The notes below the pieces were generated by a model. It did not search any database, was not told where the DNA came from, and was given only the letters and a program-made list of their open reading frames with translations. Positions 47,348-64,000 of a DNA stretch of 64,000 nt are shown here, piece after piece. The first letter of the stretch is position 1, and the number at the start of each line of letters is the position of its first letter. The stretch lies in NCBI GenBank assembly GCA_964270895.1, contig OZ185440.1; one strand, 5' to 3'. Both the position numbers and the translations under genes were made by a program. Source of the DNA: Podarcis filfolensis. Its lineage: Eukaryota.

Positions 47348-50300
47348 TTTTATGTCTTTTGACGAATCTGATGTTTGTAAAGCCATTTTGCTTGGAAAAC
47401 AAATATTAGCCACATTTAAGTGAGCAAGTATACAAAAATGTGAATTTGTTGAACTATGCTAAAATAGGTTGGGTCCCAGGGTTCCCTTGTCATACCTAAA
47501 GTCTGGAAATGACGACATCGGTGTTTACAAAAGAAACCAACCAATGTAAATAGATAATATTTGTGTGTGAGTGGAGTTGGGTGAAATGAAGGGTAACCAA
47601 AAATGTACAGATACCAATAGCCAAAAAGAAAGAGATGGTGGAGTTGGTAGAATTGAGAATGCATGCTATAACCCATTCCAAGAAATGGGGCATACTTTTA
47701 CCTCAGTAAGCTGGTGTGTGTGTTAATTTTCAAGAAGTACTGCATTATTATTTTTTTAGTAATTGTAAGTAGAAAAGTAGAGGATTTTTTATTGTTTTTT
47801 GAGTGAAAGCAATAGGTTCACAAGCAATTTGATTAGACAGCTTTTACTTTTCAATTTGCACTTACCGTGTATGTTGGTTGTCTGTTGTCTCGAAACTTTG
47901 CATGGTCCGTTGTTGACCAAGAAGAGGCAGGAGAAAAAGGAGGTATGGAACATGTGTCACAGTGTTAAATAGAAGAGAGCGATTGTAAAGCTGATCATCT
48001 TTGCACAAATCCAGCCTTTCTTAGAAAAAGGCTTCAACAGCCATAAAGAAGTAATTAAAAGCCTTGCTTGCAGTGGTTCAAAGTGTGTTGCATTTGTAGT
48101 CCTGGAATATTTGGAAATACGTGGTTAATGGGTCACTGGTCCCATTATTTGTGTTGAGGTTTTCCTCCCACGCTGTCTTGGTTCTCTTTCTTTCCACTTA
48201 GACCAGTAAATTGGATCCAGGTGAGAAGAGCAATCCTGAGTGGGATGAGGCGGAGAGTTAAGTAGCAGGCAATCTCCACTTCCAAATCCCTACCAGCTTG
48301 CTCTGGCCATGTTGGGAGTTGGAAGGTGTTGCTACCACCATCACCCTTCCATACTGACGGGGTTGGTTTTGTTTTTAAAACCTTTCCTCCCACCTGTTTC
48401 AATGGGAGGGAAATTAATTACGGCAGGTTCAGGCCAGCATCAATAGGTAGCCCAGTATGTTGACTGTACAAGCGAAGGGGGTTGAATGCAGTGGATCAAA
48501 GGTCACCCGCAGTTGATCCCACCACAAATGGGAAAAGCACTGGCCGTACTGCTTCCATGGCTCCTGGGGGCTCTAAGGCAGGTGGGATGTCCAGTCAGCA
48601 GAGCACTTCCCCAGTGGCAAAGCCACACTTCCATCCTATCCCCCTTCCTCCACCGGCCTTTGGCAAGGGTTAAATTCAACTAGTTTTCAGGGAAAATCTT
48701 AAGTCGTCACTAATATAATTTAAGTGGGACCTAAGTACAACTAAGGTTATTCTGGATCTAATCCATTGTGTGTTGTAGTAAGACTACACTGCCCAGATTC
48801 TTTTCACCTCTCCTTTTCTTTTTATGTTTATCTGTTGTGAATGTTTTGTGTTTACAGCATGTATCTGTCAATATTTAATTGATTCTATATTTTTAAAATA
48901 TCGGTCAGAGGAAGCTTGTTGAATAAAATGACATAATGTTGGTACTCTATTTGTGTTTTGTTCGGAAGGGTGTTTCAGAAAGTGCATTGAAATTGAATTG
49001 TAGCAGAAGGACCTGCAAGTTTAGGAACGAAACGCAGAATTGCACTTAAGGAGTTAAATATCGTAGCAAATGGAAGACTATATGGAGTACCTTTTCTGAC
49101 GCTTAACACTGAATTTAGATTATCGTAGTATGAGCAATGTTTAAAGGCTGCAGTGGTAAATGGAAGGCCCCAAATTGTAACAGCATTTGATGGGGCAGTT
49201 CTAAAGACCAAAGATGCTCTGAGTTATTGCAATAATTGTGAGGTAACCTGCTTGTTCTGAGTCTTTTATGATGTGGGTTATTTTTCATCGCACATTGGGT
49301 GTAGCCATCATACTGGGTTTTTAGATACCTTCATTTCCATGTGAAAGTTTGATAGGTTTATCCCTTTTTTCTCTTAGCCCTGAGGCTGTCAATCCTTCTA
49401 AGCCACTATTTGCTATCTTTTTATGTGTGACAGATATTTCCTATGGAATGTGCCAGTATTCCTGATAATTTAATATGCCCATTCCCATCCTCTCTTCATG
49501 ATCCCTACCATTTTATAGCCTTTGGCTACACTTGCAACACATGCCTTCAGTGCCTTTGTATCAGAGATTCATTCACTTCCGCCAAATTTAATTAATGTTA
49601 ATTAAGTTGCAAGAGCTATCATACAGCAGCTAACTAATGTTTTCAGCACTACTGAGCATTTCTTCAAGGTTAGAACAGTGTTTCACAGAATTGGCTTCAA
49701 AGTCTTTTTGGAAAATAACATAGGAAGGCAAACGGGAACAACAACAATAATTTTCAGGTATATTTTATCTGAGTCCTTTACGCTTTCAAGTCATATTCTT
49801 TATGGCAGACCTACCACACTTTATAGTTCCATATAAGCAAAGCTTAAACACCTATAAGAATGTAGCCTTTGCAGCTTAATTGCCCAAGAAAAACGATTAC
49901 TGGGAATTAAAGATTTGTTTGGTAATATTCTCTTCTCTGATACCTATTAAGAAACCATGTGTGTTTTGCAACAGAGGCACAATGCTCACAATGTTTGAGA
50001 GAGTAACAATCTGTTTTAACTTGTACTATTCCCATAAATACAATAGTCTATTTCTAAGAACTACAGTTAATAGTTCTGTATAGCCCCAAAGCCTGCATGC
50101 CTTAGTCCAATGCAGTATGATAATTTGTGTATTTTATAGTCTCTAAGCCAGCCTTTCCCGAACCCTGGTGCCTTTCAACTGTTTTGGACTACAGATTCTC
50201 GCAGCTCCAGCCACCATGGGACTTGGGCTCCCAAACATCTTGAATGCATCAGGTTGTCAAAGGTTGCTCTGGGCAAATCGCTTGCTGCCAAAATTGAGAA

Positions 50301-50869
50301 AAGGAAACAAGGAGTTGAAATCAACCAACATTCATCACATAGAACTAAGAATTTCAGTGGGTTGACTGAGTAAAAGTTATATGGCTACAGTCCATGCATG
50401 ACCTTCTAATTCACTTTCAGAGGCTTCACATTGCTTGCTCTGATGCTAAAAACTGAACAGATAACTGACATAGGTGTTTGTGCTGTTGTCCAAATACAGA
50501 TGCAGTGTTTTTAATAAAACCTTTTTTTTAATTTGGGAGGAGGCAGAGATTCCTCTTTTAAAACAGACCTTTACAAAATTGTTTTGGTGTATAATGAAGT
50601 GTAACCTACACAGCTGTGATTGGATTTAAGGACAGGTGCCATTGGCAGCTGCTGCAATCTTCTGCTTCTCGTGTCCATCAGAGACTCTCTGTTACATAAA
50701 ATGGGGCGTCTGGCAGCCTATGTAGTCCAGTCTCCTGGAGCCAGCAGTGTGCTGAGGGCCAGTTCCTCCAAGCTGGAGGTTTGGGTAATGGGGCAAAGGT
50801 TTTGTGCCAAGCAGCGAGCACGTTACAGGCTGTGTGACTATAGTCCACTTTCTTTCCCCTTGTTGTTTC

Positions 50870-51075
50870 ATTGTAATCCACTTCTGCATGGGGATTTAGG
50901 TCTCTGGAAAACATTCAAAGGCCTCTCTTGAGCAGCGGGGTGAAATCTCATAAAGCTTCGGGAGGATTTGAGTGGTGAAAGATGCTTCTGTTCCCCAGGG
51001 CCCAGCTGATTGGCTCATATGTTTCCATAAAGCTGTTGCTCCCGTCAGTAAAACCTAACCTTCATATAAATACCC
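50870..51075 (+). promoter_or_regulatory. RPE65 proximal promoter: TATAAA 51065-51070, E-box CAGCTG 51003-51008 abutting ATTGG 51009-51013, OTX/CRX-type TAATCC 50874-50879
   Basis: Motifs read directly, 75-270 nt upstream of the ATG; motif function is inferred. Confidence 0.65.
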
Positions 51076-51144
51076 AGCACACATCTCCGACTGCCGTACT
51101 CTGCATTTGGCTCAGGGAAGTCCAAATCCTTTCCTGGGGAGAAA

Positions 51145-62766
<11,622 letters not shown>

Positions 62767-63031
62767 TGGTTGCACCTTCATGCACCTTCAACGAGCATAA
62801 TAGGTTGCACCTATTATTAAAGCCTGACTTTTAGCATAACGGATGCAGCTACGAACCGTACTTAAAAAACTACACCCTTCCAAATATCTGCCCCGAGGAC
62901 CTGTAGAAGTATTTTAACATTTCAAAGAACTGCACACTGACAGAATTCAAGAATACTTTTATGATCCTCATGTACTGTAGAGAAACAAATGGTATATGAA
63001 ACTGTCAGCATTTGGTATTTTTCATTCAACA

Positions 63032-63037
63032 AATAAA
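63032..63037 (+). terminator. Candidate RPE65 polyadenylation signal AATAAA
   Basis: First AATAAA found after the stop codon (about 265 nt downstream); usage not proven. Confidence 0.45.
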
Positions 63038-64000
63038 TTTAACTGAAAAGAAGCATTGTCAATTGCAAAATAGACTTTCATGAGTCGGTAGCCTGACACA
63101 CAAACTTTTAAAGCAAATGGATGATTGTGTAGGTGGGTGGGGGTAAAGAGACTCAAGTCAATTTAACACACACAAAAAACTTAATTATGGACTTTGTAAC
63201 TGTTAGTCACTTAGCAAATATATTTTCAGAAACAAAGTGAGAATGCATTCTTTAATATAGTCTTGAATTCTAATACTTTTTAACAATTATGAACAAGTTA
63301 AAAAAATAATTACAATAAATCTCTTAACTTTTTCCCCACTTCTGAGGAAAAATGACACATTCATGATCTTACATCCACAAAGAATTAATCCAAAAGTCTT
63401 TATTGCACCAACCTGAAGAGTCTTCAAGACAGAGGTAAAAACTGCATTAAAATTGTGAATGTTCATGAAAAGCTCTTTACAATCAGAGCCTCATAACTTA
63501 GAAGACACACCTCTGTGCACCGTCCTGCAGCTTCAACCACCTAATATAGTCAAATTTCAGGGGCCAACTCTGTGGGAGGTAAAAACTGCCAGAGATAAAA
63601 ATAAGGTGTTTACATCAGTTGGCTCCCCTTCATTTTGTTTTTTTTTTGGAAGTGGTGGCAAAGAATTATTTAATTTATTAGGTTTATACACCAGCCTTCC
63701 TCATAGGATCTCAGGGTGGCTGACAGAATACAGGATAAAAACAAGTAAATAATTAAAAACAAAACAGTAAAACAGTAGCTTTTGGCTTGGCTGGTTAGTA
63801 TATTCTGGTGTTTCTGGTGCTGTTAAATCTGTTTTCTGTATTATTTAAGTTTTGTTTTAAATTATTAACTTGACACACCTTAAACCTTGGTATATCAGCT
63901 AATAAATTATTTCCATAATACTTGTTTGTTTATATTCAGCACAAAAGACATCAATTTAAAGTATCCTATCATTGGATGTGAACAGTAATAGAAGCATGAT

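Noticed and set aside
62797-62817. Iron-responsive element in the 3'UTR of an iron enzyme
   Set aside because: The loop is TGC, not CAGUGN, and there is no bulged C; kept only as a generic hairpin.

Overview
Vertebrate genomic DNA from a squamate, most likely a lacertid lizard such as Podarcis, judged from Sauria-type and Squam3-type SINEs. It is not prokaryotic: no operons, CRISPR arrays, rRNA or true tRNA genes were seen. Positions 1-35 kb hold no recognisable protein-coding gene and are rich in transposable elements: SINEs, L1/L2/CR1 fragments, hAT and Tc1/mariner MITEs with target-site duplications (TSDs), and four solo LTRs. Two complete plus-strand genes follow in the same tandem order as in mammals. 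DEPDC1 has 12 coding exons (35798-47347, 809 aa), one GC-AG intron and an 852-nt frame-symmetric exon 8. RPE65 has 14 coding exons (51145-62766, 533 aa) with all four iron-binding His and Cys112 intact. The most notable observations are: Met at RPE65 position 450 (the mouse hypomorphic Leu450Met state) on an otherwise chicken-like background; a cluster of solo LTRs, one carrying an ORF inside the LTR; a 30-bp tandem expansion and an L2/CR1 head-to-head junction ending 32 nt from RPE65 exon 6; and a hairpin created by a duplication just after the RPE65 stop codon. I found no convincing wholly new multi-gene system. Repeat family names and cross-species comparisons come from recall, not database searches.
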